The notes under the pieces are model-generated. The model did no database searches and was not told the DNA's origin. It saw nothing but the letters and a program-made list of their open reading frames with translations. Of a stretch of DNA of 64,000 bases, positions 29,402 through 39,356 are shown piece by piece. The stretch is from positions 160,001 through 224,000 of the IMG/VR virus record IMGVR_UViG_3300014205_000170; one strand, 5' to 3'. The translations under genes were made by a program, and so were the position numbers. The first letter of the stretch is position 1, and every line of letters starts with the position of its first letter. The stretch comes from a virus. Its lineage: Duplodnaviria > Caudoviricetes.

Positions 29402-29677
29402 CTATTTTTTAATTATACCAAAATAAGTTCCAATTATTCCGCCTATTATAAACGCTATTATTGGCTGCCAAGAACCAGAAATTACTGAATTCATACTTAC
29501 GCCTGTTGAAATTAACCATGTTGCAGAAACTCCTACATTAGATAATATGGTTGGCATTACCTTTCTCTCAGTAGTATATATTACATTTACTGTTCTTAAA
29601 TAAAGAAAAGCTATTTGAGTTATAAATACAATTATTGCTGACAACCATGGATTTTCGATTAATTCTTTGTAAGTCAT
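29402..29677 (-). CDS. Small membrane protein (DUF5698/DUF2179-like)
   Basis: 3 TM segments; LRT and GGIIGTYFG; similar to 52135..52416. Confidence 0.6.
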   Translation of the reverse strand: MTYKELIENPWLSAIIVFITQIAFLYLRTVNVIYTTERKVMPTILSNVGVSATWLISTGVSMNSVISGSWQPIIAFIIGGIIGTYFGIIKK

Positions 29678-29702
29678 TATACAAAGATATAACTTTCTGG
29701 GC

Positions 29703-30230
29703 TTAAAAGCGAATCTTAAGACCTAATTTATCTCGAAATGCCAAAAGAGCTTCTGCATTGCCTTTTGCATCATCAACAGGGTGATGCGTATGTTTGGTTT
29801 TACGAAATAATCGTTTCCAATCTTTGTTTACTCCGGCATCTTTCATAAGACCACAATATAAATCACCAATCCTACGTGCTGAAAATCCAAAAGGATTACT
29901 TCCATAATACATGTGAAAATAATAGTTTATCCATTGCCAATCAAAGGCAGGATTATCAGAAATAAAAGTGGGCTTACCATTAGAATTTGCCTTTATCCAT
30001 TCAGCAAAATCTTTCATCACCTTAACAGGTTCATCAAATTTTAAATGGTCTTCTCTTGAAAACCCCGATACAGCCAAAGCATCCGGAACCCATAAATCCG
30101 AAATTGGTTTAGTTTTCCCATAAAATGTTTTGTCTAATTTTTCATCAATAATGATAGCACCAAAGCACACCATTGAATTTCTGTATGGTATTTCACCATC
30201 TGCTTCTACGTCAACTACTATATAACTCAT
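29703..30230 (-). CDS. DEDDh 3'-5' exonuclease
   Basis: VDVEADG, DNPAFDW, HHPVDDA. Confidence 0.88.
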   Translation of the reverse strand: MSYIVVDVEADGEIPYRNSMVCFGAIIIDEKLDKTFYGKTKPISDLWVPDALAVSGFSREDHLKFDEPVKVMKDFAEWIKANSNGKPTFISDNPAFDWQWINYYFHMYYGSNPFGFSARRIGDLYCGLMKDAGVNKDWKRLFRKTKHTHHPVDDAKGNAEALLAFRDKLGLKIRF

Positions 30231-30236
30231 TTTTTA

Positions 30237-30791
30237 TTATTTATTAGATAATGACATTAGACCTGATTTAAGTTCATAAAACAATGCAATGAATGTTTTC
30301 AAATCCTGTGTCAATAATTCTTTATTTTCAATTAGTTCTTCCGGTGTAAATTCCATAATTTCTATTCCTTCATCACCAACGCCACCACCGGTACCTTTTT
30401 TCGTTCCATCAGTAATACCTTGAAAGATGTGCACTTTTTCAGTTAGACTTCCAGGAGAAGAAAAACAAGAACAAATCAACTTACACTCTGTTAATACATA
30501 TCCGGTTTCCTCTACAACTTCACGTTTAAAACAACTCTCTGGTGTTTCTCCCTCAATATCCATTGTACCAGCAACTACTTCTAAGATTTCACCATTAACC
30601 CCCGGCCTAAATTGTTTTACAAAAACATATTTTCTAGTGGTTTTATTAAATACAATTCCGGCAACCGCATCTCCACGATTAACTACTTCACGTTTAAATT
30701 CTTTTTCACCTCTTTTATAAGTTACTAAATCTACTTTTAAAAACCCGTTAGAGTTTATTTGTGCCCTATGAACTTCTGTTGTTTTTTCCAT
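30237..30791 (-). CDS. Nudix hydrolase, ADP-ribose pyrophosphatase (NudF)-like
   Basis: VKQFRP, AGTMD...REVVEETG, SSPG..TE. Confidence 0.85.
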   Translation of the reverse strand: MEKTTEVHRAQINSNGFLKVDLVTYKRGEKEFKREVVNRGDAVAGIVFNKTTRKYVFVKQFRPGVNGEILEVVAGTMDIEGETPESCFKREVVEETGYVLTECKLICSCFSSPGSLTEKVHIFQGITDGTKKGTGGGVGDEGIEIMEFTPEELIENKELLTQDLKTFIALFYELKSGLMSLSNK

Positions 30792-30793
30792 TT

Positions 30794-31234
30794 TTAATTA
30801 TCACTATTTTGTAATATCATTTCTATTTTATATCCTTTTTCAATAAAAAATACATAGAAATTATTTAAACCAATAGTTTTAAATGGCAAAATTTCTTGTA
30901 ATTCTAATTTTTCTTCTTTGTTGCAGTTATCAATTTCTTTTAATTTACCATTTAAAGTAATTTTCATTAAATCTTTTTCTAAAAATATTTCTAAGTTAAA
31001 TTTGTTAGAAACAAATTCTATATCAGGAATATAATCATTTAAAATTTTTGAATGATAATCTTCATATATTTTTTCAGCGTCATTTCCGGAAATCTCTCTG
31101 ATTTTATCAAGCATTTCATCTTTGCGTTCATTTGATTCTAAAAAATTTTCTAAAGTAGGTTTGTTAAAATTTTGTCTTTTGAAACCTATTTCAACTAATT
31201 TTTTTGTAATATCTTTTATTTTATTTTCTAACAA
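30794..31234 (-). CDS. Hypothetical protein
   Basis: 146 aa ORF with a TTG start. Confidence 0.55.
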   Translation of the reverse strand: MLENKIKDITKKLVEIGFKRQNFNKPTLENFLESNERKDEMLDKIREISGNDAEKIYEDYHSKILNDYIPDIEFVSNKFNLEIFLEKDLMKITLNGKLKEIDNCNKEEKLELQEILPFKTIGLNNFYVFFIEKGYKIEMILQNSDN

Positions 31235-31249
31235 AATTTTTTATTTTTG

Positions 31250-31352
31250 TACATTCTACAGGACTCGAACCTGTGACCTACCCACGCCTCCAGTGATTTA
31301 TGACGAGTTGAGCGTCTACCGAAGGTCGCTCTACCAACTGAGCTAAGAATGT
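31250..31352 (-). tRNA. tRNA-like gene with a 30-nt expansion of the anticodon arm; identity undetermined
   Basis: Acceptor stem ACATTCT/AGAATGT, D-arm GCTC-AGTTGGTA-GAGC, variable region AGGTC, T-arm ACAGG-TTCGAGT-CCTGT. The anticodon arm spans 47 nt instead of 17. No encoded CCA. Confidence 0.7.
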
Positions 31353-31356
31353 ATAT

Positions 31357-31782
31357 TTATGATTTTCCGTTCATTTTTGTGTCGTAAACAATATAATCCT
31401 CTCTTACTTTATCATGATAAAATTTTTCTAAAGCTTCAAGCAAATCCTTGCAGTAAAAATACGATGATATTTTTTGTTGATTTTCGCCTTTTTTAGCCCA
31501 AACCACTGTAAAAGAATTATAGTCGGTTTTGTGTTGTTGAACATAAAGTAAAATTTCTTCCAATCCTTCTTCGTGAGTTTTAACGTTTTTTACTTCTTTA
31601 AGCAAAAAACTCTCTTGGGTTTTAGGATTGAATGTCATCGCCTTCACATCATAGTTATCTTCCGATACTGGATTTACTCCTTTTTTGTGGTTAATTGCAT
31701 ATGTAAAATGGACTGTACAACCATTATCTGACATCACTTCTCTTAAAATAACGTCTTCTAATTCAACTTTGTTCTTTTTCAT
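31357..31782 (-). CDS. Hypothetical protein
   Basis: 141 aa ORF directly downstream of an ECF-type promoter. Confidence 0.7.
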   Translation of the reverse strand: MKKNKVELEDVILREVMSDNGCTVHFTYAINHKKGVNPVSEDNYDVKAMTFNPKTQESFLLKEVKNVKTHEEGLEEILLYVQQHKTDYNSFTVVWAKKGENQQKISSYFYCKDLLEALEKFYHDKVREDYIVYDTKMNGKS

Positions 31783-31787
31783 ACTTT

Positions 31788-31816
31788 TTAAACGTTTTTA
31801 AGATGATTTTGTTACA
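31788..31816 (-). promoter_or_regulatory. ECF-type promoter TGTAAC-N16-CGTTTAA
   Basis: Exact 16-nt spacer. Confidence 0.65.
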
Positions 31817-32040
31817 CGGGTCTTTTTTTCCACAAAAGTACCACATTGACAATATTTACAACCACATGGATACATTTGTTCATATGTATCAAAATGTCTA
31901 TAGTATGAATGACCACATTTACAGGTTCTATCATCTCCGTATTGTGGATTATAGAATCGAGTTTCCTGCTTAATTATCTCTACTTTGACAATATATGGTT
32001 TTTGTTCGTCAGAATTATTTTTATCTATTTTTTTTGCCAT
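31798..32040 (-). CDS. Small Cys/His-rich putative zinc-binding protein
   Basis: CKCGHSYYRH...CGCKYCQC. Confidence 0.7.
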   Translation of the reverse strand: MAKKIDKNNSDEQKPYIVKVEIIKQETRFYNPQYGDDRTCKCGHSYYRHFDTYEQMYPCGCKYCQCGTFVEKKTRVTKSS

Positions 32041-32043
32041 TAA

Positions 32044-32286
32044 TTATTTTTTATTTTCAGAAGCATCATGTATCATGTTTAAATCAATCTTTAAAGTATC
32101 ATATCTCATTGAAATTAAACTATCATTTTTTTTGTAATATTTTTTTACTTCAAAAACGCGATATTTATAATTCCATTTATCAATCCAGGAATTTACAATA
32201 ATAGATTTTTCATATGTTTTACATGCTGGTAAAACAAATGTAATTATTAAAAGTATACAAATACGTTTATGAAACAATTGATTCAT
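32044..32286 (-). CDS. Putative lipoprotein
   Basis: Hydrophobic N-terminus ending in LPAC. Confidence 0.5.
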   Translation of the reverse strand: MNQLFHKRICILLIITFVLPACKTYEKSIIVNSWIDKWNYKYRVFEVKKYYKKNDSLISMRYDTLKIDLNMIHDASENKK

Positions 32287-33388
32287 TTATTTTTATTTGC
32301 GCCCAAGATTCGTTAGATTTATCTTTCATTTCGTAATAGCCATGAAGAATGTTTTTTCCAATCAAATATTTATTACAAACACCAATAATGTCGGCCTCAT
32401 TTAATTTTTCTCCAATTCTATTGTTTCTATCATCTAAATAAACACGTACTCCCCTTTGTTTTTGTTCTAAATACAAATTCAATGCAAAATTTAACTGCAC
32501 TTCACTTTTAATATCTGCAACAATAATAACAGAATCATATGGTGTAATATCTGGACTCCAATTTAAACAATTTTCAATTCGACCGGCATCAGCCAAAACT
32601 TGGGCCAATCGCGATATACCTATACCATAACAACCCATTACAATATCTTGTTTTTGATTATTAGTATCAACATATTTAGCTTTAAGTTGAGAAGAATATT
32701 TGGTATCCAATTGAAATATATGTCCAATCTCAATTTCTCCATCACTTGTTTCAACAACAAATTCTTCAGATAATGAACCTCCAATCTCACCAGAATCAGC
32801 AGATACTATTTTGTATTTCAATTGAAGTGTGTCAAAAATTGCAATATAGCAATTACGTACTTCATTATATCTTGCTTGTAAATCTTCTTTTGTAGTATGA
32901 AAAGAATAAGCATCCATCATTGAAAACTCTTTACATCTGATTAAACCGGTATTACAACGAATTTCATCTCTGAATTTATTATTGATTTGATAAAATGTGA
33001 AAGGTAAATCTTTATGAGATTCTACATATGTTTTTGCAATAGTAGTTACCAACTCTTCATTGGTTCCGGTAAAAACCATTTCTTTATCAGAGCGGTCCTG
33101 TAATTTGAACATTTCAGCTCCATACGTCTCATATCTTCCTGTTTCTTTCCAAATATCGGCGCTTTGCAATTGATTCAAGCCTATTTCCATGCAATCTATT
33201 GCATTCAAATGTTGTTTCACTACTTGTTCAACATTATTTAATACCAAACGCATTAAATGCATTTGTACAAACAACCCTGATTGAACTTGTTTGATATAAC
33301 CAGACTTTTCTAAAAGTTCTGTGGTTGTTAATTTGATATTTTTATCAAATTTTTGTAAATTATACAATTTTGTTTTTGAGAGTTTCAT
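32267..33388 (-). CDS. proS: Prolyl-tRNA synthetase, short form without the INS editing domain
   Basis: WKETGRY, TNEE, motif 2 KFRDEIR...R.KEF.M.DAYSF, EIGHIFQL, motif 3 MGCYGIGISR, anticodon domain LDDR. Confidence 0.9.
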   Translation of the reverse strand: MKLSKTKLYNLQKFDKNIKLTTTELLEKSGYIKQVQSGLFVQMHLMRLVLNNVEQVVKQHLNAIDCMEIGLNQLQSADIWKETGRYETYGAEMFKLQDRSDKEMVFTGTNEELVTTIAKTYVESHKDLPFTFYQINNKFRDEIRCNTGLIRCKEFSMMDAYSFHTTKEDLQARYNEVRNCYIAIFDTLQLKYKIVSADSGEIGGSLSEEFVVETSDGEIEIGHIFQLDTKYSSQLKAKYVDTNNQKQDIVMGCYGIGISRLAQVLADAGRIENCLNWSPDITPYDSVIIVADIKSEVQLNFALNLYLEQKQRGVRVYLDDRNNRIGEKLNEADIIGVCNKYLIGKNILHGYYEMKDKSNESWAQIKINESIVS

Positions 33389-33657
33389 ATTATTTCATCT
33401 AAAAATATATTTTTTCTTTTCTTTTCTACAAGTACGTATCGTCCTGATGGGAACCAAAAATCTGTACTATCTCGATATAATTTATTATAAGTGTTTTGTG
33501 TTAAAAGCTCAAGCGATTGATATAAAAAACAATCATGTAAACTACCTCCTCCATAAAAAGAATCTCGTTGTAAAATATAACCTCCAAAATAGTAAGGTAA
33601 TCCTTGCTCTACATGAATGAGAACATCACCAAATTGAAATGTCGGTTTTCTACTCAT
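33385..33657 (-). CDS. Hypothetical protein with the RxVhhEK motif
   Basis: RYVLVEK. Confidence 0.6.
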   Translation of the reverse strand: MSRKPTFQFGDVLIHVEQGLPYYFGGYILQRDSFYGGGSLHDCFLYQSLELLTQNTYNKLYRDSTDFWFPSGRYVLVEKKRKNIFLDEII

Positions 33658-33904
33658 TTGAGTTTGAAGAAATACATAAAAAATCCATTAAACTTTGAAC
33701 TTCCTCTCTTTTAAACAATTCTCGTTGAATGGTGTAAGACGATTTGCCATCTGTCAACCACCAGCGATTGTTATCTTGAGTATGTCGTATTTCAATTAAA
33801 GAATTATGCTTCTTGCCATCAATCCTATAATGAGCAGCGCCTAAGTCATTTCCCAATTCTTTAAAGCCTTTTAATTTTAAGTATTCTACTGTTATACTTT
33901 CCAT
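33650..33904 (-). CDS. Hypothetical protein
   Basis: 84 aa ORF. Confidence 0.6.
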   Translation of the reverse strand: MESITVEYLKLKGFKELGNDLGAAHYRIDGKKHNSLIEIRHTQDNNRWWLTDGKSSYTIQRELFKREEVQSLMDFLCISSNSNE

Positions 33905-33905
33905 A

Positions 33906-35873
33906 TCATTTTTTGTTATTTAATACATTTTTGATTTCCATTGAAAGGAATGGTAAAAACGAAAACAACATTTTTTGTAATTCACTTGCTAAAAAGTAAA
34001 ATTCATTTTCCAACGCTATTCTAAAATCATCGTTTATGTCAGATTCGTAAAATTTATTTTTTATATCCTCAGTTAAATATGAAGAATAGCTATTAGTAAA
34101 ATTCACAAAATTTCTTATCGCTTTATTAAGTTCAAAAGCATCTACATCTTTTTGTATTACTTCCTTTACATCTTTAAGTTGTTTTTGCAAATCTTCGCGC
34201 ACATTCAAAACATCATGTTGTTCTCTATGTAAATTATTTACTAGATAACGAACAAAGTTTCTTATTCTAAAATATTGTTTCCCAGCGCTATTCATAGATT
34301 CTTCAGAAAAAACCACATCGCTTTTATAATCTGAGAGCAACACCCATAATCTCATTACATCTGGATTATAAGCTTGATACATTTGTTCTAAAGGTGAATA
34401 GTTTTCCATGGACTTTGCAAATTTTTCACCAAGTTCATTTACGACAAATCCATGTGTCAATATTCTTTTTGTTGGCAATGTATCAACCATAGCAGCTATA
34501 ATGATAGATGTTTGAAACCACCCACGATGTTGGTCTATACCTTCTATGTATAGGTCTGCCGGTCCTTCATTCATTGAAAATACCGTTCCTGAGTCAAACC
34601 AAACATCCAAGATGTCATTGCTATCAGGTATGGTAACGCCCCACTTACGTTGTCTTGATAAGCACCAATCTTTTCGAGAAAACAACATGCTTTCAAGACG
34701 AGTTCTGTCTTTCTTAGAAAGCTTTATTTGTTTTACTGTTTGCTTTATTTTTGTCCAATCAAAATCCAGATATGTTTGTTCTGTAAGAACTTTATAAACT
34801 TTTTCTTTCAATCTCCAATCGATAGGATAAGAATGTGTTAATGGAACACGTTTGTAAACATATTGTTCATCTACTTTAAAAGAATCTATATGTTCTAGCA
34901 ACATTGCAACATCTTCTACAACATTCTTTGGTTCTACTCCATTTTTTACTAAGACATTATAATCCTCATCACCATGTCCTCCTGAAAGATGAACTATTCC
35001 AGTTTCAGAATCAGTTACAAACTCATCAAATAAAACCGGACATTGTTCTCCTTTATGATTTGTATAATGTGTATATTTATTATAATCAACTAAAAAATAT
35101 TTTATTTCATTTTGTATTGCAAATTTCTCACTACAAAACATTCTCAACTGTGCTTTATTTTGGTCAGTTGGATTTGAATATGTTATGCAATATTGTATTG
35201 TAGGATTTAAACAGATAGCTTGATTACCAGATACAGTCCATTCAGTTGTTGTCCACACTAAAAAAGACACATCATTATCAGCTTTCAATTTGAAATACAA
35301 AGACTCTTCAGTTATGTCTTTATATTCTATTTCAGAATTTGCTAATACTGTTTTAAGTTTTGGAGAATACCAAGTAGGTTTATTCTTTTTGAAAATAAAA
35401 CCATTTGCTTTTAAATGATTAAATATGTTTAATTCCCGTTCAACAAAATCATCAGTTAAAGTCAAATAATCATCTTGTGTTGGAAATATTCCAAACAATG
35501 ACAAAGTTTGCTTTTGCTTATCCCTATAAGAGAGTGCTATTTTCTTACAATTTTCAAACAAGTCTCCTTCATTTTGTTTTGCCTTATTTTCTATTGGTAA
35601 CCCATGGCAATCCCACCCAAATCGAACATTGACTTTATATCCATTTGTTAATAGAAATTTTATATAAAAATCTTTGAGGGTTTTATTTAAAAAATGACCT
35701 ATGTGCAAATCTCCATTCGCATATGGTGGTCCATCTTGCAAAAGAAATATTTCAGAATTATTGTTATGTAATTCATTAACACAAGAGTGTATATCCAAGC
35801 AAAATGAAGGCAACAACTCCCTGTTGAGTTTTTGCTCCATATTTGTTTTTGGTAATAAAACTGTCTTGCTCAT
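33906..35873 (-). CDS. ileS: Isoleucyl-tRNA synthetase, reduced (655 aa)
   Basis: DGPPYANGDLHIGH, GWDCHGLPIE, DWCLSRQRKWG, DVWFDSG, EGIDQHRGWF, KFAKS (KMSKS variant). Confidence 0.92.
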   Translation of the reverse strand: MSKTVLLPKTNMEQKLNRELLPSFCLDIHSCVNELHNNNSEIFLLQDGPPYANGDLHIGHFLNKTLKDFYIKFLLTNGYKVNVRFGWDCHGLPIENKAKQNEGDLFENCKKIALSYRDKQKQTLSLFGIFPTQDDYLTLTDDFVERELNIFNHLKANGFIFKKNKPTWYSPKLKTVLANSEIEYKDITEESLYFKLKADNDVSFLVWTTTEWTVSGNQAICLNPTIQYCITYSNPTDQNKAQLRMFCSEKFAIQNEIKYFLVDYNKYTHYTNHKGEQCPVLFDEFVTDSETGIVHLSGGHGDEDYNVLVKNGVEPKNVVEDVAMLLEHIDSFKVDEQYVYKRVPLTHSYPIDWRLKEKVYKVLTEQTYLDFDWTKIKQTVKQIKLSKKDRTRLESMLFSRKDWCLSRQRKWGVTIPDSNDILDVWFDSGTVFSMNEGPADLYIEGIDQHRGWFQTSIIIAAMVDTLPTKRILTHGFVVNELGEKFAKSMENYSPLEQMYQAYNPDVMRLWVLLSDYKSDVVFSEESMNSAGKQYFRIRNFVRYLVNNLHREQHDVLNVREDLQKQLKDVKEVIQKDVDAFELNKAIRNFVNFTNSYSSYLTEDIKNKFYESDINDDFRIALENEFYFLASELQKMLFSFLPFLSMEIKNVLNNKK

Positions 35874-36145
35874 ACTTTCTTCTTTTTTAAAGCTTTTCGT
35901 ATTAATTCACTTGCTTGTGATTTAGTAGGATTTCTAGCATTTGTAGATGGTATTGGATTAAAATTTGTTATTAGTTCATCGTTTTCATAAACACTAGCTT
36001 GTAGCTCTTCTGAATTCCAAGAATCACTTTTATTATTGTTTTTCTCAATGCAAACTTCACGACTTGTTGTGTTGCCATAATGATATTCAACTTTATAATT
36101 TTTTCCTTTGAATGAAAAATATATAACTGTTTTTTCGTGTTTCAT
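35870..36145 (-). CDS. Hypothetical protein
   Basis: 91 aa with ATGA overlaps. Confidence 0.6.
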   Translation of the reverse strand: MKHEKTVIYFSFKGKNYKVEYHYGNTTSREVCIEKNNNKSDSWNSEELQASVYENDELITNFNPIPSTNARNPTKSQASELIRKALKKKKV

Positions 36146-37683
36146 TTTTTAACGTTTGTTTTATCTAAAAGGTTCCTTATTCTCCTAAAAGACTCATTTT
36201 TACCTAATATTTCCATTGTAGTGGGCAAATCAGGCCCTGGAATACCGCCAGTAAGCGCCATTCTGAGGTCTGGGAGGACTTTACCTATCTTTATGGCTAA
36301 CGTTTCGCAAAAAGCCTCCAAATCACTCTGTATGAAATCGGCGGTCCAATCTGATTCCTTATAGGAACTAACCAAAACAGCTTTCATAATCAAAGTAAAT
36401 TCAGTTGGATTTTTTAATGAAATTTCATCTTTTAAAACAACCGGTTCAAAAAAATAGGATACGAACTTATACAATTCTTTACTAAAGACAGCACGTTCTT
36501 TTGCAAAACCAACTATCTTAGTTTTTTGATTATCATTGTAAATATAATTTTGATATTCTTCTGAAACATTTGGTTCAATGTATTGTTTAAACAACAACAT
36601 ATCATTTCTGTTTCTTAAGTAATGAGCATTAAAGTTTTTTAATTTTTCAATATCAAATTTTGCGCCGGAAGTGTTTATTCTTTCCAAACTAAACAAAGAA
36701 ATCATTTCATCTACTGACATAAACTCTTCGTTGTTTCCAGGATTCCATCCTAGTAAGGCCAAGAAATTAATCAAAGCATCCGCCTCAAATCCTTCATCTT
36801 TAAAACCTATTATATGAACAGCTTCACCTTTTTCATTGTGATAATCCCAAGTAATTGGAAAAATAGGAAAGTTATATTTCGCAGCATGGCGCTTAGAAAG
36901 CTTTTTTCCGTCAGGACCAAGAACTAATGGCAAATGACAAAATTCAGGAGCTTCCCAATCGAAAGCTTCATAGAGCATAATATGAAGTGGTGCAGATGGC
37001 AACCATTCATCAGCGCGAATTACATGAGTAATTTCCATCAAATAATCATCCACCACATTTGCTAAGTGATATGTAGGTAATCCATCAGATTTAAATAAAA
37101 CTTTATCATCAAGAGTGTTGGAATTTACAACAATATTTCCTTTTACAGAATCTGTAAATTTAATTTCTTTATCTCTCGGAGTGTTAAAGCGTATAACATA
37201 CGGTTTTCCGGAATCGATTAATTCTTTAACCACAACTGCTGAAAGTGTGTAAGAATTTTTCATCTTTTCTCTGCTTAGATAATTATAACCTAAATTATCA
37301 GCTCCAGATACTTTTAGTTCTTCTCTTAATTTTTCTAATTCTTCTGAAGAATCAAAAGCATAATATGCATGTCCTTTTGAAATTAATATGTCAATATATG
37401 TTTTGTATTCTCTTTGACTTTGTTTGTATTTTACTGTACCATCTGTATTAAAACTATTATCCGGTGTGATACCTAACCAATTCAAAGAATCAATAATGTA
37501 TTTTTCTGCCCCTTCAACAAAACGTGTTTGGTCAGTATCTTCAATACGTAAAAGAAATTCACCATCATGCTTTTTGGCAAAAAGATAATTAAATAAGGCG
37601 GTGCGAACTCCACCGATATGTAAACCACCAGTAGGACTTGGAGCAAATCTTACACGAACTTTTTTATTTTTTAAATCACTCAT
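36142..37683 (-). CDS. gltX: Glutamyl-tRNA synthetase
   Basis: RFAPSPTGGLHIGG, LRIEDTD, PTYHLANVVDD, KLSKR; full length. Confidence 0.96.
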   Translation of the reverse strand: MSDLKNKKVRVRFAPSPTGGLHIGGVRTALFNYLFAKKHDGEFLLRIEDTDQTRFVEGAEKYIIDSLNWLGITPDNSFNTDGTVKYKQSQREYKTYIDILISKGHAYYAFDSSEELEKLREELKVSGADNLGYNYLSREKMKNSYTLSAVVVKELIDSGKPYVIRFNTPRDKEIKFTDSVKGNIVVNSNTLDDKVLFKSDGLPTYHLANVVDDYLMEITHVIRADEWLPSAPLHIMLYEAFDWEAPEFCHLPLVLGPDGKKLSKRHAAKYNFPIFPITWDYHNEKGEAVHIIGFKDEGFEADALINFLALLGWNPGNNEEFMSVDEMISLFSLERINTSGAKFDIEKLKNFNAHYLRNRNDMLLFKQYIEPNVSEEYQNYIYNDNQKTKIVGFAKERAVFSKELYKFVSYFFEPVVLKDEISLKNPTEFTLIMKAVLVSSYKESDWTADFIQSDLEAFCETLAIKIGKVLPDLRMALTGGIPGPDLPTTMEILGKNESFRRIRNLLDKTNVKK

Positions 37684-37685
37684 AA

Positions 37686-38237
37686 TTATTTTTCAATCTC
37701 TATCTTATATATTTTACTTCCCCAATAATTAAAGAAAGAAGTGCTGATAATCTTTGGATATTTTACAACATCTCCATTTTTGGCAGTTGAAAGGTATTCT
37801 AAAAAACTTCCTGAACATAAACCATCAAATTCTTCAAATGGATTTATAAAATAATTTCCTTTATCATTTTCATTGGTCATTGGAGAAAAAGTTATTTTAA
37901 TATTCTTGTTTTGTGTTTGAGGTAAAATACTAATTTTTTCAGGGAATACCTTTAAAAAATAATATTCATCTCTTTGAATTTTTTCCAAAGTTCTCTTTTC
38001 ATCAGGATGGACATTTGCTATAATACAAATAGTAGATTTCTCGGCAAAACCATATTTATCTTTCAAAATTTTATGAAGTTCATGACCAGCTTTTGCATCA
38101 GTATCATGTCCAGAATAATATTCTTTTAAAAGAATAACAGAAAAATTTACAGCTTCATTTACGAAGCAAACTCCATCTTCTGTTTCAGCCACCATTTGAT
38201 ATCCTTGGTTGATAATTTGTTGTTTATATTCTTCCAT
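37686..38237 (-). CDS. Hypothetical protein
   Basis: Probable start at MEEYKQ, downstream of a promoter. Confidence 0.65.
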   Translation of the reverse strand: MEEYKQQIINQGYQMVAETEDGVCFVNEAVNFSVILLKEYYSGHDTDAKAGHELHKILKDKYGFAEKSTICIIANVHPDEKRTLEKIQRDEYYFLKVFPEKISILPQTQNKNIKITFSPMTNENDKGNYFINPFEEFDGLCSGSFLEYLSTAKNGDVVKYPKIISTSFFNYWGSKIYKIEIEK

Positions 38238-38242
38238 AATTG

Positions 38243-38271
38243 TTAAACGCAAATTTAACAAAAAAGTTCAA
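38243..38271 (-). promoter_or_regulatory. ECF-type promoter TTGAAC-N16-CGTTTAA overlapping a TAAATTTG box
   Basis: Both motifs are present in the same 29 bp. Confidence 0.6.
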
Positions 38272-38282
38272 ATAAACCCAAT

Positions 38283-38315
38283 AAAAAAGGAGGACCAAAA
38301 TTTAGCCCTCCTTTT
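38283..38315 (-). terminator. Intrinsic terminator
   Basis: AAAAGGAGG...CCTCCTTTT inverted repeat. Confidence 0.65.
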
Positions 38316-38336
38316 AGAAAATAGATAAAATGATTT

Positions 38337-39320
38337 TTATTTTTTAACCACTTTTTTAGAGTTCTTCTTTTTTGTCCTATCATGTTCTGCTCTGGAAAAC
38401 TTTGTGTATTCCGGCATTATTTGATTAAAGAAAGTTTGCTCATCTGATGGTAATACATTAGATATTGCTTTACCCTCGGCTGTTGATACTCTAAGGGCTT
38501 TTTTAGCATGCTCTACGATGAATTTAGCTACTCTATCGTAATCTCCATCCATTTCACCTAAAAACATCTTGTAAACGCTTCTTCTTGTGTATGACTTTGT
38601 TACGCAGTCCAAAAGACAAGTACCACCATATGGTTTAGTGATTGCAGATAACTTTTTTTCTGCCTCAATACGTTCTTTGTTACCAAAATTTACATTCCTG
38701 TAACGATATGCTGCAATTTGCATTGGTGTTGTGCCTCCAACAAAGATATGCATAGCATCTTCATTTTTAAGCTTAATACCGGTTGCTGGACTTCTGAATT
38801 TTAAAGCCTTATGCATAGCTTGGTATAAACCATTTTTTACACCCTTTTTTGTTTCGATTGCATATCCAGACATCAAATAATCATTGTTCTGCCAATTGTG
38901 AGAACAATCATTTGCGTCGATAATTAAATCGCGAATATTTTCAATTGTATCTTCCTTAAGTTCTTTGATGATGAAATTAAAACCAAAACCACCTTTAATT
39001 TCATTATCCAATTGTTCAGCAGATGTGAAACGGTGTTGTCCATCCAAAATGAACATTTTATAAGAACCATCCTTAGAAAAAGCGCGAGTTCTGATTACGT
39101 CAATAATGGTTGTAAAACCATTTTTAATCATTTTCAGTTTTAATTTCGCCACATTGGGTCTTGAAATTTTTCTGTTCAACCCATCAAGTGGAATAATACG
39201 AATCTTTTTGTAATCTCGGCTATTCATCACAATATCTCCATCTTTTTGAGGCTTAAATGGATTTTGTAATGTTACTTGTGCTGGTTTAGAATTTACCAAG
39301 GTTTTCTTTTTGTTTTGCAT
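38337..39320 (-). CDS. ParB/Srx-like (DGQHR) protein
   Basis: NRKI...ILDGQHR motif. Confidence 0.7.
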   Translation of the reverse strand: MQNKKKTLVNSKPAQVTLQNPFKPQKDGDIVMNSRDYKKIRIIPLDGLNRKISRPNVAKLKLKMIKNGFTTIIDVIRTRAFSKDGSYKMFILDGQHRFTSAEQLDNEIKGGFGFNFIIKELKEDTIENIRDLIIDANDCSHNWQNNDYLMSGYAIETKKGVKNGLYQAMHKALKFRSPATGIKLKNEDAMHIFVGGTTPMQIAAYRYRNVNFGNKERIEAEKKLSAITKPYGGTCLLDCVTKSYTRRSVYKMFLGEMDGDYDRVAKFIVEHAKKALRVSTAEGKAISNVLPSDEQTFFNQIMPEYTKFSRAEHDRTKKKNSKKVVKK

Positions 39321-39356
39321 AATAGTAATTTAAGTTAATAATAACGTTAGGAATTA

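Noticed and set aside
36148-36176. A tenth ECF-type promoter at the end of gltX
   Set aside because: The spacer is 17 nt rather than 16 and the site lies in coding sequence, so it was not counted.
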